Program-made: the position numbers and the translations under genes
Part shown: positions 15,701 to 25,624 of the stretch, piece by piece
Layout of the letters: each line of letters starts with the position of its first letter
Position numbering within the stretch: the stretch's first letter is position 1
The notes under the pieces: model-generated
The model's database searches: none
What the model saw: only the letters and a program-made list of their open reading frames with translations
Told to the model about the DNA's origin: nothing
Sequence record: PQ471515.1
Direction: 5' to 3' (one strand)
DNA: 64,000 bases

Positions 15701-16027
15701 ATGACCAATAAAGTAATGACAGCTTGTAAAGGTAAAGTTATTGTAACTGAACTAGAACATGGTGAGCGTAAAACCGCAGGTGGCATTGTACTGACAAGTG
15801 ATGATGGTAAGATACGTGGTATTCGTTGTCGTTGGGCTAAAGTATATTCTGTTGGTGAAGACATTACCGATATCAAAGAAGGACAATGGATTCTAATTGA
15901 CCACGGTCGTTGGTCGAGAACTATTGAGATTGATGGTATTAAAATGAATCTCGTGGATTATCCAGCAGCAGTAAGTTTGGTATCTGACACTGATCCACGC
16001 ATCTCTGCTCAAACATTTGGTCGTTAA
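15701..16027 (+). CDS. groES: GroES-like co-chaperonin
   Basis: KVIV...ERKTAGGIVL mobile loop, AKVYSVG.D...IKEGQ.IL. Confidence 0.85.
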   Translation: MTNKVMTACKGKVIVTELEHGERKTAGGIVLTSDDGKIRGIRCRWAKVYSVGEDITDIKEGQWILIDHGRWSRTIEIDGIKMNLVDYPAAVSLVSDTDPRISAQTFGR

Positions 16028-16038
16028 AACATAAATCT

Positions 16039-16070
16039 AAAGCTCGGATATATTATCTGGGCTTTTTATT
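16039..16070 (+). terminator. Rho-independent terminator
   Basis: AAAGCTCGGATA/TATCTGGGCTTT plus T-run. Confidence 0.7.
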
Positions 16071-16083
16071 TGGATGAAAATAC

Positions 16084-16353
16084 ATGATAACTGATGATGG
16101 AAAATATAGTTTTTCTGACGTTACGTTAGTTTCTAAAAATGGACGATTTATGTTTGAAGATAGAACTAACACGAAGTACGTATATGAAGTTTCTCATGAT
16201 ATGTTTAAGTACTTACTTATCGTATCAGCCCAGGCCGAAGCAATGGGCGTGAAGAACAAAGCAAACTCATTTAATTTTTTGTTTAATCAACTTGAAATGA
16301 CAGAAGACTTATTCACTGCATTGTTGTATGATTATGCAGATTGGATTTCATAA
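16084..16353 (+). CDS. Hypothetical protein
   Basis: 89 aa ORF filling the gap. Confidence 0.65.
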   Translation: MITDDGKYSFSDVTLVSKNGRFMFEDRTNTKYVYEVSHDMFKYLLIVSAQAEAMGVKNKANSFNFLFNQLEMTEDLFTALLYDYADWIS

Positions 16354-16379
16354 ACACCTAATATACAAGGAAATAAAAC

Positions 16380-17333
16380 ATGACTACATTATGGACTGAA
16401 AAATACCGCCCACAAACTATGGAAGATTATGTATCTAAGAACGAAGCCCTACGTCAGAAGATGGAAGAATGGATTCGTACTGGTGATATCCCACATATTG
16501 GATTTTTTGGACCAGCAGGGACAGGTAAAACTTCAGCAATCAAAGTACTACTGAATGGTCTGGAAGCTAACGGACACCTTGACCCTAGTGATGTAACAAC
16601 ACTGAATATGTCAGATGAAGGTATCGATGCTGTTCGTGATAAAATTGACGCAGCAGCAAAACTATCATGTTTTGGTCGTTATCGTGTATTTGTTCTGGAA
16701 GAAATGGAACAAATGAACCACAAAGCACAGGGTAGCTTGAAACGTGTCATGGAAGATTACCATGAAAATGCTCGTTTCATTCTTACCAGTAATGAACCAC
16801 ATAAGATTCAGAAACCTATTATCTCTCGTGTTCAGGTCATCACCATTGAGAAGCATGATATGGAACAATTCATGTCACGCATCTACAACGTACTATTGGC
16901 AGAAGGAGTAGATCTAAGTACTGATGAAAGTATTGAACAAGTACAAAAATACATCAATGCTTCATATCCTGATTTCCGCAAAACGCTAAACGTATTGCAA
17001 AGTTCAGTAGTCGATGGTAAACTTGTAAAACTAGAAGACAGTATTGAAAACTCTGCTGGGTATCGTACTGCCATCATTGATGCACTAAAAGCTGGTAACA
17101 TTCGTCAAATGCGTGAGCAGATTGTGCAAAACATTCCTGATGATGAGATGGATGCATTCTTCTCTTATTTGTATCGTAATGCAGAAATGTTCAGTACAGA
17201 CGAAATTACTCTAATGAAAATTAAGGTTAAGATTCGTGACGCTGTTGTTAAACAAGCTACCGTGTCTGACCGTGAAATGAATCTCAGTGCATTACTGTGT
17301 GAGATTGACCTAATCTGTTCGGGGAACATGTAA
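16380..17333 (+). CDS. gp44: Sliding-clamp loader AAA+ subunit (gp44/RFC-small-like)
   Basis: LWTEKYRP, GPAGTGKTS, LN.SDEGIDAVR, ARFILTSN, ISRVQ, PDFRKTLN. Confidence 0.93.
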   Translation: MTTLWTEKYRPQTMEDYVSKNEALRQKMEEWIRTGDIPHIGFFGPAGTGKTSAIKVLLNGLEANGHLDPSDVTTLNMSDEGIDAVRDKIDAAAKLSCFGRYRVFVLEEMEQMNHKAQGSLKRVMEDYHENARFILTSNEPHKIQKPIISRVQVITIEKHDMEQFMSRIYNVLLAEGVDLSTDESIEQVQKYINASYPDFRKTLNVLQSSVVDGKLVKLEDSIENSAGYRTAIIDALKAGNIRQMREQIVQNIPDDEMDAFFSYLYRNAEMFSTDEITLMKIKVKIRDAVVKQATVSDREMNLSALLCEIDLICSGNM

Positions 17334-17959
17334 TGAAAGACCGTTGTATTGTATTCGACTGTGACGAAGTACTACTAGATCACATTGGTTCATTAGGAGA
17401 ATACGCAAAACTCCAATATGATATCAACCCAACAACACCATACCCACTCGCATACGATTTATCCGAATGGTTTGGTGTTTCACGAGAAAAAGTTCAAGAG
17501 ATCATTACTGAATTCAATCAACGTTCGTATATGTTTGGATTACTAAAACCTGTAGAAACTAACACTGTAAGTATTATGCATGAACTGCGTGATCGTTTTT
17601 ACAAGGAAAAATTCATAGTACTGACTAAGTGTGGCAAGAAAGGTTATAGCGAGGTACTTCGCAATACTAATCTTATGCATGTATTTGGTGAGACATGTTT
17701 TGATGAAATCATCATTGTTGAAATGAATGAATCTAAGCATGAAGCACTAGTAGAATTAAAAGAACGATATGACGTAAAACTGATGATTGATGATTATATC
17801 AATAATATTGAAACATCAATGGAATTGGGTATCCCATCAGTTATGATGCGAGCGTCCCACAATCATATGTATAAAAATGGTTCTGGGTATGACTATGTTA
17901 ACAACTGGGATGAACTACGTTTAAAAATCTACTCAGTACTGTCAAAATATTACCAATAA
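17333..17959 (+). CDS. HAD-superfamily hydrolase (5'-nucleotidase-like)
   Basis: IVFDCDEVLLD motif I, SK, LMIDDY..N motif IV. Confidence 0.75.
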   Translation: MKDRCIVFDCDEVLLDHIGSLGEYAKLQYDINPTTPYPLAYDLSEWFGVSREKVQEIITEFNQRSYMFGLLKPVETNTVSIMHELRDRFYKEKFIVLTKCGKKGYSEVLRNTNLMHVFGETCFDEIIIVEMNESKHEALVELKERYDVKLMIDDYINNIETSMELGIPSVMMRASHNHMYKNGSGYDYVNNWDELRLKIYSVLSKYYQ

Positions 17960-17974
17960 TATAGTAAAAACAAT

Positions 17975-18020
17975 GGGGATTATTTAATCCCCTTTTATTG
18001 TTTTTTAAAAGTAGTAAATA
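17975..18020 (+). terminator. Terminator followed by late-type TAAATA (18015-18020)
   Basis: GGGGATTA/TAATCCCC plus T-run; TAAATA. Confidence 0.65.
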
Positions 18021-18058
18021 GTATTATATGTGCTAGTTTTTTAAGGATAATATAAAAC

Positions 18059-18625
18059 ATGGATGATTTAGATTATACAGATAATGCAGTCCAGCAGTTG
18101 TATGATAACAGCGGTATGCTAGATATACTTCTGGCTGTTGAAAAATATTTTGATGATAATGATTTGTATGCATATCATGGTATCATCGAAGGTGAACTTG
18201 TTGAAGGTCCGATTGTTAGTAAGTACTGGTGTACTGTGACGTTCAAATACTATCGTGAGAATTTCCCTGATCCTACAGCATTCTCAATTCTTGAGAAGCA
18301 CGGGACTAAGGTGTATGTGAAAGCAGATTATGAAATTACACCTATTCAAGATCCTAACCGCCAGGCTGATATGAAGAGTGTGGCTACGCAATCTGGTTCT
18401 GTTCGCATTCCAAAAAATGAACGAATTCCAGTTCTATTGGTCCGTGTACAAATTCCTAGAAACTTAATTAACCCTGAAAGTTTTGATGAATACAAACTAA
18501 TGGCTTCAGAGTTCAATAGTAATCCTATGAATGCACAAGAACCATCAGATGATCCAATTACTGGTGAAGATGTTGATTTAGATGTAGAAGTATCTGATGA
18601 TGTACAACAAGGTGGTATGCAATGA
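18059..18625 (+). CDS. Hypothetical protein (probably late)
   Basis: 188 aa, AAGGA SD, acidic tail. Confidence 0.75.
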   Translation: MDDLDYTDNAVQQLYDNSGMLDILLAVEKYFDDNDLYAYHGIIEGELVEGPIVSKYWCTVTFKYYRENFPDPTAFSILEKHGTKVYVKADYEITPIQDPNRQADMKSVATQSGSVRIPKNERIPVLLVRVQIPRNLINPESFDEYKLMASEFNSNPMNAQEPSDDPITGEDVDLDVEVSDDVQQGGMQ

Positions 18626-19302
18626 AAAAGAAACTAAATGAACAAGGTTTACGTCCACAAGTACTAAAGGATTTGATTCATCCTATTATTAGTGTAGATG
18701 AATATACTCCTAAGATTGAAGATAGTAATATCGTTGTTATGTTTCAAGTACTAAACAACTTTGATGCTGCATATGATCTGTCATCTTTTATTGAGAAGTC
18801 ACCAATTGATGCAGTTGATACTGAAGCTTCTGAAACACCTAACCTGGATGGTCGTTATCAGGTATTCGTTGAAATGGAACGTGATGCGGAATTTCCAGAA
18901 AACCTACTTCGTCTTATCAAAACTATTGAAAACATTTGCCCAAATCCAGGCTGGAAGATTCAGCTTTATGGTGTAAATGATCCAATTGATGTTGACTTTG
19001 ATGAAATTCAACAACGTATCGATTTGGGTATTCCTAAATCCATCAGTGAATTTTTAGACTTTGCAGGTGTATCAGTTGTTAAAGAAGGTCACATGCTTGC
19101 ATTAAACACTGCATATGGCAAATTACATTACAGTACTGGTAGTGGGTTTGTATCAGAAGCATACGTAAAACAGCTTCTATCGAACGATACGCAGGTAGAT
19201 ACGTCTCGATTAAGTTCGGTACTGGGTGAAAGTTATAGCGTCCTACGTAGTGGTAATCAGTATGTAGTAGGTAAAGATGGGAAATATTTGGTGTTACGAT
19301 GA
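18622..19302 (+). CDS. Hypothetical protein
   Basis: 226 aa, ATGA-coupled. Confidence 0.75.
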   Translation: MKKKLNEQGLRPQVLKDLIHPIISVDEYTPKIEDSNIVVMFQVLNNFDAAYDLSSFIEKSPIDAVDTEASETPNLDGRYQVFVEMERDAEFPENLLRLIKTIENICPNPGWKIQLYGVNDPIDVDFDEIQQRIDLGIPKSISEFLDFAGVSVVKEGHMLALNTAYGKLHYSTGSGFVSEAYVKQLLSNDTQVDTSRLSSVLGESYSVLRSGNQYVVGKDGKYLVLR

Positions 19303-20117
19303 GAATTTTAAACATGCTTAAATCTCTTCATGAGACTACCAAACTTCACCAAGACGACAAGTATCATCGTAGTACAACTAAAGATTTGGCATGTAGGATG
19401 TATATGAGACGATTCGAAATTTCTCGAATCGGTAAAGGATGGGACGATATCAAACGTGAAGATATCGACCCTGATGCAATATTCAAAGCATACATGGCAC
19501 GAAAAGTTTTTATCAATGAGAAAACTTTTTATATTGACAGCGATAAAGAACTTGAAGTAAAATTTACGAAAGGCTTGTGGAAGATTTGGTGCTTAGAGAC
19601 GTTCGGTGAAGTTTTACCAGAGCCACCAGTACCAGAAACTTACAAAGAACTAAAAGCTATATTTGACAATGAACATATACATACAAATTACTCACTATAT
19701 GAAACTGTTTCCGAAGCAGTATTTTATGGAGAGTTGAACGGTCATAACAAGTACTTTGATAGTATGGTGAGTTTTGATTTATTCTGTCATCTCCCTGGTA
19801 TCTCTAGTTGGACATGTGACCAGCATCGAGCTAGTAAGGTAGACAAGCGTAAGTTCTCTGCCCAACGCTTTATGCAAGCTGCTATGGGTATGTACAAATT
19901 GGATTATCTTGGGTGTCCAGAACCATATAAACATTTTTGGAAAGAACGTGCACAAAAGTGCATGAACTATTGTATAATTCGTTTAATGGATTCATACATT
20001 TTGAAATTCAGAAATGCAACTGTGTATGATATGCCGGAGCCACCGAAGAATGAAAAGTACCCACCAGTAAAAACATTTGTGTGGTACAAGGACAAGAGTA
20101 ACAAAAGGATGCACTAA
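19299..20117 (+). CDS. Hypothetical protein
   Basis: 272 aa, ATGA-coupled. Confidence 0.7.
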   Translation: MRILNMLKSLHETTKLHQDDKYHRSTTKDLACRMYMRRFEISRIGKGWDDIKREDIDPDAIFKAYMARKVFINEKTFYIDSDKELEVKFTKGLWKIWCLETFGEVLPEPPVPETYKELKAIFDNEHIHTNYSLYETVSEAVFYGELNGHNKYFDSMVSFDLFCHLPGISSWTCDQHRASKVDKRKFSAQRFMQAAMGMYKLDYLGCPEPYKHFWKERAQKCMNYCIIRLMDSYILKFRNATVYDMPEPPKNEKYPPVKTFVWYKDKSNKRMH

Positions 20118-20176
20118 GGTGCGTCCTTTTTTCTTTTAAAAAATGGTTTGACAAATACATCGTGTGTATGTAGAAT
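20103..20176 (+). promoter_or_regulatory. Terminator then sigma70-type promoter
   Basis: AAAAGGATGCAC/GTGCGTCCTTTT hairpin; TTGACA(20148)-N17-TAGAAT. Confidence 0.8.
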
Positions 20177-20216
20177 GTACGTATCGTATCAATTTTAATT
20201 AATTAAGAGGTCAGTA

Positions 20217-21344
20217 ATGAAAGGAAAATATTTTTTCATTGACAACGGTAAAGAAGTTGAAATCAAAGAATTTAACTTCAACTACGTTCTTAACTCACTG
20301 TTAAAACAGTATGACCGTTCATCGAATCGAAAATATATGTATACAATTGTTGTGGACAGAACATACGATTCACTGGGAAATCCACATTTCGACACACGTT
20401 CACTTTCACTTGACGAGATCTATTTTGATAATCGCCGTTTGAAGGTAATGGATTTAATGAAAGATAAAATTCATTTCTCAAATGTGAGAATCGTTCCAGA
20501 TCTCCCAATTCCTCCGTTAGAGAAGGAGTACCGAGACTGGAAGGAAGGTAAACTGCGTCCAAATATTGCAGCCGTAGCTACTGCACCAGAGGTTCCTGCT
20601 CCAATTGTTCTTAAGAAGAAACCGATCGACCCTGAATGTGATATGGTTGCTGACATTGAACGTTGGATGGAATTCCCAGATACAATTAAAAAAGATCCGG
20701 TGAAGGTTCTGGATTGGTATGTAAACCTACCAGTATGTGCACAAGAAGTTGGTGTGAAGATTCAGAAGATCTCCGAGCGTCAGTTGGATTTAAACGCAGC
20801 ATTACAGCAGCATAGTGATTATATCCGTTTACTGATGGGTAACCTCACAACTGCATTGGAAAAGTTATTCCCTTTGAAGCCTACATTTACACAGAAGTTG
20901 TTTGGGAAAGCTGATATCAAAGTACAGCCAACTGATTTACCAAAAGTAATGAAAGCATTGAATGAAGCAGTGAAGTACGATACGAATAAGTTTAGTGGTA
21001 TTACGACTTTATTCACTGAAATTCGTGATGAAGTTCGTGAAATCAAAAATGAACTTGAGTATGGTAAGATTGGGTGTGAATATGCAATTCGTCGTTTGGA
21101 AGATCCATTTGAATATGAACTGACGCTTGAACGTATTATGAAAATGGGGATTTCAACAGCAATGACTGAAACTAGTATTGTTGGTGTTAGTAAGCAGTAT
21201 CAGATTGATATGAGCCGAATGATTGATATTCAAACTATCACTATCCCATTGATCATAGGCCGTTTGCAAGCTCAAACTGGTAAAGCAGTTGATGAAGATA
21301 CTGCCAATATCATTCGTAACCTGGCGTATGGAAATAAAGAGTAA
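20217..21344 (+). CDS. Hypothetical protein with a TelA-like helical C-terminal half
   Basis: Coiled-coil pattern, FTQKLFGK and ID.QT.TIP.I segments parallel the adjacent TelA. Confidence 0.5.
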   Translation: MKGKYFFIDNGKEVEIKEFNFNYVLNSLLKQYDRSSNRKYMYTIVVDRTYDSLGNPHFDTRSLSLDEIYFDNRRLKVMDLMKDKIHFSNVRIVPDLPIPPLEKEYRDWKEGKLRPNIAAVATAPEVPAPIVLKKKPIDPECDMVADIERWMEFPDTIKKDPVKVLDWYVNLPVCAQEVGVKIQKISERQLDLNAALQQHSDYIRLLMGNLTTALEKLFPLKPTFTQKLFGKADIKVQPTDLPKVMKALNEAVKYDTNKFSGITTLFTEIRDEVREIKNELEYGKIGCEYAIRRLEDPFEYELTLERIMKMGISTAMTETSIVGVSKQYQIDMSRMIDIQTITIPLIIGRLQAQTGKAVDEDTANIIRNLAYGNKE

Positions 21345-21351
21345 AAAGTAG

Positions 21352-21380
21352 TTGACAGTACTGAGTGTTGCCTGTAGAAT
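21352..21380 (+). promoter_or_regulatory. Sigma70-type promoter with AGTACT overlapping the -35
   Basis: TTGACA-GTACT..N17-TAGAAT. Confidence 0.8.
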
Positions 21381-21426
21381 GTTTATCACTGAGCAACACT
21401 ATCTTAAATTAACTGAGGAATACACA

Positions 21427-22569
21427 ATGTCCGAGAAAGAAATCAATCCGAAAAAAGCAACAGTTAAACAAGCCAAAGCAACAAAAACTGCCAAACGTAC
21501 TACCAAAACAGCAGCACACACAATTGACGCAACTGATATCTTCGAACAACAGTCCAAGTCACTTCCAGTACTGAAAGATACCAAAGGTAACAGTATGGCT
21601 TTAACTGTGCAGAATATTAATACCATCGGAACCACTGCTGGGGCAGGTGTAGGACGTTTGGCTGATGAAATCATGTCAAAAGTTAACGTCACTGATGATA
21701 ATACCGAATTCGGTAAGTCTATTACTACTATCTTGACATTGACACGTGCAGTTGATATTGATAGTCTACAGGATGATAAATCAATCGTAGGCTGGGTCAA
21801 AAAACTCTTTGTTAATGCTAAACAGAAAGTTGGCGATCAGTACAAAAACAGTAAAGAACAAATTGATGAAATCATGAACACTCTTCAGGTTGGTATTAAC
21901 CGCCAGCATGGAGAATGTGCATGGCTAGACACTGCTTACAACGAAAACAAAGAATATCTCTTTGAACTGCGTGATACGTTAGTTGAGTTGGAAGAAGTTA
22001 CCAAAGCACAAGATGCTGAATTGGTAGCAATGCAAGCGAACCCTGACGTTGATTCTTTTGCAATCCAGGAGCAAAAGATGATTTGTGAAGCTCTTTCTAA
22101 GCAGGAAGATAAGATTCGTCGTCTTATCATGATGTGTGAACTGAGCGGTCCTCGCCTGATGAGTATGAAGAAAGTAAACCTCAACACTGTTTCTAAGTTT
22201 GAGGATTTGAAATCAGTTGTTATTCCAGCATGGAAATCACAATTGGCTGAACAGTTGATTTCCGAACGTCAACGTAAAGACAATGAGTTGGGTAATCTGA
22301 TTGACAATGAAACTAACCGTTTACTCGAAGTAAACTCTAAAATGGTAGCAACTAACATGTTGGATGCTGCTAAAGCAAATAATCGTGGTATCGTGGATAT
22401 TAAAACATTGCGTAATGTACACAAAACAATGATTGATAGCATCGAAGCAGTACTGATTGAAGAGAAGAAAGGTAAAGAAGAGCGTGAGCGAGCTAAGATT
22501 GAAATCGCAAAACTCTCTCATGAACTCGAAGATACTCTTCGTGAAATTGCTGAAAAAGCTAACAAGTAA
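21427..22569 (+). CDS. telA: TelA/YaaN toxic anion resistance family protein
   Basis: GWVKKLF..AKQKV...Y....QID.I, LD..Y.EN..Y..EL, VIPAWK.QL, TN.LL..NS; start moved to 21427. Confidence 0.8.
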   Translation: MSEKEINPKKATVKQAKATKTAKRTTKTAAHTIDATDIFEQQSKSLPVLKDTKGNSMALTVQNINTIGTTAGAGVGRLADEIMSKVNVTDDNTEFGKSITTILTLTRAVDIDSLQDDKSIVGWVKKLFVNAKQKVGDQYKNSKEQIDEIMNTLQVGINRQHGECAWLDTAYNENKEYLFELRDTLVELEEVTKAQDAELVAMQANPDVDSFAIQEQKMICEALSKQEDKIRRLIMMCELSGPRLMSMKKVNLNTVSKFEDLKSVVIPAWKSQLAEQLISERQRKDNELGNLIDNETNRLLEVNSKMVATNMLDAAKANNRGIVDIKTLRNVHKTMIDSIEAVLIEEKKGKEERERAKIEIAKLSHELEDTLREIAEKANK

Positions 22570-22572
22570 TAG

Positions 22573-22626
22573 TTGACACATGAGTGCGTTTTCAATATAA
22601 TGTTCTTATTGAAACGCACTCTTTTT
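22573..22626 (+). promoter_or_regulatory. Sigma70-type promoter whose -10 sits in a terminator hairpin
   Basis: TTGACA-N17-TATAAT; GAGTGCGTTT..AAACGCACTC plus T-run encloses the -10. Confidence 0.75.
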
Positions 22627-22650
22627 TAATATACAGATAAGGAACGAAAT

Positions 22651-23340
22651 ATGAAACGTCGTCATGTTAGTGTTGATATTGAAGCTCTCGGAACTCCTGA
22701 AAACTCTGGTTATGATATTATTATTCCAAATTATGCAGCAGTAGTTGTTCCAAGTAAACCTGAAAATGATATCAGACAGTTTGTATATGTTAAGTTACCA
22801 TACCAAGCACAAGTTAATGCTGGGATGAAATCAGATGCAGGTGCAATGGATTTCTGGATGAATACATGTCAGAAGGAATATCCTAATGCATATGCTGAAG
22901 TTGCCAGTACTATGGCACTTGTTGCACCAGAATTGTACGGTCCTAATGGTAAATCCAAACAAATCTTTACATCTAATGGTATTGTCGATTTCTGGAAAGA
23001 TATCCGTTTTGATTGTTATGGTAAAGAGGTTGAACATTCAATTTGGGGAAATGGCTGCAACTTCGACTGTAGTATTTTACAAGCTAATCACTTAAAACTA
23101 TTGAATGTTGGTGATTTGTGGAAATATGATGCTCCTGAAAACGCACGAACCCTGAAGCGTTTATTGAATGAAGAAGCTCGTACTGAAATGGATGAGATTG
23201 TGTCAGTGCAGTTAGCTAAATTCGTGAAGTATGCAGAAAAATGTGGTATTAATGGTTTGGAATTACATCACCCTCTGTATGATGCAGCACGTGAAGCTAT
23301 CCAAATCTCCTATTGTCTCAATAAACTTAAACTGGACTAA
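22651..23340 (+). CDS. DEDDh 3'-5' exonuclease (DexA/Rv2179c-like)
   Basis: HVSVDIEALGT (Exo I), WGNG.NFDCSIL (Exo II), HHPLYDA (Exo III). Confidence 0.85.
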   Translation: MKRRHVSVDIEALGTPENSGYDIIIPNYAAVVVPSKPENDIRQFVYVKLPYQAQVNAGMKSDAGAMDFWMNTCQKEYPNAYAEVASTMALVAPELYGPNGKSKQIFTSNGIVDFWKDIRFDCYGKEVEHSIWGNGCNFDCSILQANHLKLLNVGDLWKYDAPENARTLKRLLNEEARTEMDEIVSVQLAKFVKYAEKCGINGLELHHPLYDAAREAIQISYCLNKLKLD

Positions 23341-23343
23341 TAC

Positions 23344-24438
23344 ATGAATTTTATTATTCTGTTGATTCCTTCACTTATCGTTGTATTTGTTATGAAATAC
23401 ATGTATGATAAGCATATCAGTACTAAAGAACTGTTGATTCATATTGGTTGTTGTATAGTTGGTGCTGCTCTTGTGCTTGGTATCTCATATGCAATCAACT
23501 ACAGCCAATTGTACGATGTAGAGATTCTAAATGGGCAGGTAACATCCAAATATAATCACAAGGAGTTTTGTACACAATCAAGCTCATGTAAGCATTACAC
23601 GTGGCACGAGAAATGCAGAACTCGTTATGATAGTAAGGGGAAATCCCATCGTGAATGTGAGTCCTATAAGGTATTTGATTATTCATACGAAGTTGACTGG
23701 TATGTAAAAAGTACTGTAGGGAAGTTTGAGATTGAGCGAGTAAACCGCCAGGGTACAATGACCCCTCCACGCTGGCAACAGGTTAACATTGGGGATTATG
23801 CCGCCGCAGAAAGTTCTTATATTAACTATCTGTTCGCTGATAAAAACTCATTGTTTAGTCCTGGTGAATTACATGAAATGTATGATGAGAAATATCTTAG
23901 TACTTTACCAGAATACCCAAGTGTGGTAGACTATTATAAAACACACCATGTAATCAACACTACTAATTATAATGTAGATGGTTATGATGAGTATCTGCGT
24001 GAAGAACTAAAAACTATGGGTGCACGTAAACAAGTCAACATCCAAGTTTTGGTTTATGATTATAAAAACGTAGATTTTGTTGAGGCAACACTCGCTTCGT
24101 GGCGTGGTGGTAAGAAGAATGATGTTATTATGTTCTTTGGAATTGATAATGATGGGAAGATTGTTAAATTTGATAGCACTTCCTTTGCACAAGGCATGAA
24201 GAACGAAGAACTACATGCTAAGATGCGAATGGATGCATTAAATGAAAAATTAACTCTTGACTTGTTGAGCAAAGAAGTGCATAATATTGACACAAAGTTT
24301 GAAAGACTCTCTAATAAAGAGTTCGAGTACTTGTCTGTAAAAATGGAACCACGTAAAGATGTTCTCATCGGTGCTTCTATTTTGTTACTGATTGTATCTA
24401 TTTTCATTGGCCTTTATATGAGGGATAACAAGTTATGA
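23344..24438 (+). CDS. Membrane protein with a periplasmic TPM-like alpha/beta domain
   Basis: Two N-terminal TMs and one C-terminal TM; L..MGARKQVNI.V...W.GGKKNDVI.F.G resembles the TPM domain. Confidence 0.55.
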   Translation: MNFIILLIPSLIVVFVMKYMYDKHISTKELLIHIGCCIVGAALVLGISYAINYSQLYDVEILNGQVTSKYNHKEFCTQSSSCKHYTWHEKCRTRYDSKGKSHRECESYKVFDYSYEVDWYVKSTVGKFEIERVNRQGTMTPPRWQQVNIGDYAAAESSYINYLFADKNSLFSPGELHEMYDEKYLSTLPEYPSVVDYYKTHHVINTTNYNVDGYDEYLREELKTMGARKQVNIQVLVYDYKNVDFVEATLASWRGGKKNDVIMFFGIDNDGKIVKFDSTSFAQGMKNEELHAKMRMDALNEKLTLDLLSKEVHNIDTKFERLSNKEFEYLSVKMEPRKDVLIGASILLLIVSIFIGLYMRDNKL

Positions 24439-24989
24439 ATGGTAAAATTATTGCATTGATTGGTGTTGTTGTTGTATTCGGTCTTATGGCAATTGGTTCA
24501 GTTAGTATGTATGTAGATGCACATGACCGTGCTGTTGAATTTGAAGGTAATATTAAAAAGTACTATGATGCATCAGAAAGTCAACTAAGTAAATACACTC
24601 TTGTCATTCAAGAAAAAGTACAAGTTTCTGATAAGTATAAGGATGCATTGAAAGAAACCATCGAAACATACTTTAAAGGTCGTGAAGGTGTTGACCAGAA
24701 GTTTGTGATGTCACAGATTCAACAACAGGTTCCTAATCTCGATCCTAAGATTTATCAAGAACTTATGGTAACTATCGAGTCAGGACGTACACAGTTCAAC
24801 AATCTTCAGAAAATGAAAATTGACCAGTGTACTGATTATGCTAAGTTCCGTAAAGGTTTCTGGAACTCCAAAATTCTTGATACTAACACATTCCCAAGTG
24901 AAAATATTGAACATTTATGTACAGTAGTTTCTGATACACGCACTAAGAAAGCAATGGATACTGGTATCCAAGAAGTAATTAAACTATAA
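24435..24989 (+). CDS. LemA-like single-TM helical protein
   Basis: N-terminal TM, then helical bundle ending R..FN..Q....D...Y.....F...IL; coupled to the TPM-like gene. Confidence 0.5.
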   Translation: MNGKIIALIGVVVVFGLMAIGSVSMYVDAHDRAVEFEGNIKKYYDASESQLSKYTLVIQEKVQVSDKYKDALKETIETYFKGREGVDQKFVMSQIQQQVPNLDPKIYQELMVTIESGRTQFNNLQKMKIDQCTDYAKFRKGFWNSKILDTNTFPSENIEHLCTVVSDTRTKKAMDTGIQEVIKL

Positions 24990-24997
24990 TCTAAATT

Positions 24998-25023
24998 TGG
25001 GAGTACATTGTACTCCCATTTTC
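24998..25023 (+). terminator. Rho-independent terminator
   Basis: TGGGAGTACA/TGTACTCCCA plus TTTT. Confidence 0.75.
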
Positions 25024-25036
25024 TATAGGATTTATT

Positions 25037-25624
25037 ATGTTTTTAAAAAATACTTATGAATTAATTAAAATGCTTCAAAATATGAATTCCGGTGGTCTAT
25101 TCCCGTATCACTCTGAGGATAAAACTCATCGTTTAGTTTTGAAATTGGATGAAACTGGGCGTATTGCATCACTAAGAACGGCTGTTCCAAATATGGATCA
25201 AGTAATTATGCCAACAACTCCGAATTCAGGAACTGCTGTTAATACACCACAAACATATAACTCAAACTACCAACACCCACAGATGTATACGATTAGTACT
25301 CCATCTATTACAAGAGTTGCTTGTATTGTTAATATAAAAGTATCAAAAGACTATCGTGATTTAATATCAGTTGAATGGTCAGAACTAACATCAGCATTTG
25401 CAAACAATGGGCTTGTTGTAACAAATGCTGGTATAGCAGTCAATGCAAAAGAAGGACAACAGATAATGAGTGCGTTGTATCTTAGCAATGGTTATGTTAT
25501 CATTAATGGGAAGTTGTATTGTAACACCGAACCAGAAGCACTCACTGAAGATTTGATTAGTGAAAAAGAATATAGTCTTCTTGAAATTATGAATTTAAAA
25601 AAGGTATATGAAAACTGTGATTAG
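25037..25624 (+). CDS. Hypothetical protein
   Basis: 195 aa, AGGA SD. Confidence 0.7.
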   Translation: MFLKNTYELIKMLQNMNSGGLFPYHSEDKTHRLVLKLDETGRIASLRTAVPNMDQVIMPTTPNSGTAVNTPQTYNSNYQHPQMYTISTPSITRVACIVNIKVSKDYRDLISVEWSELTSAFANNGLVVTNAGIAVNAKEGQQIMSALYLSNGYVIINGKLYCNTEPEALTEDLISEKEYSLLEIMNLKKVYENCD

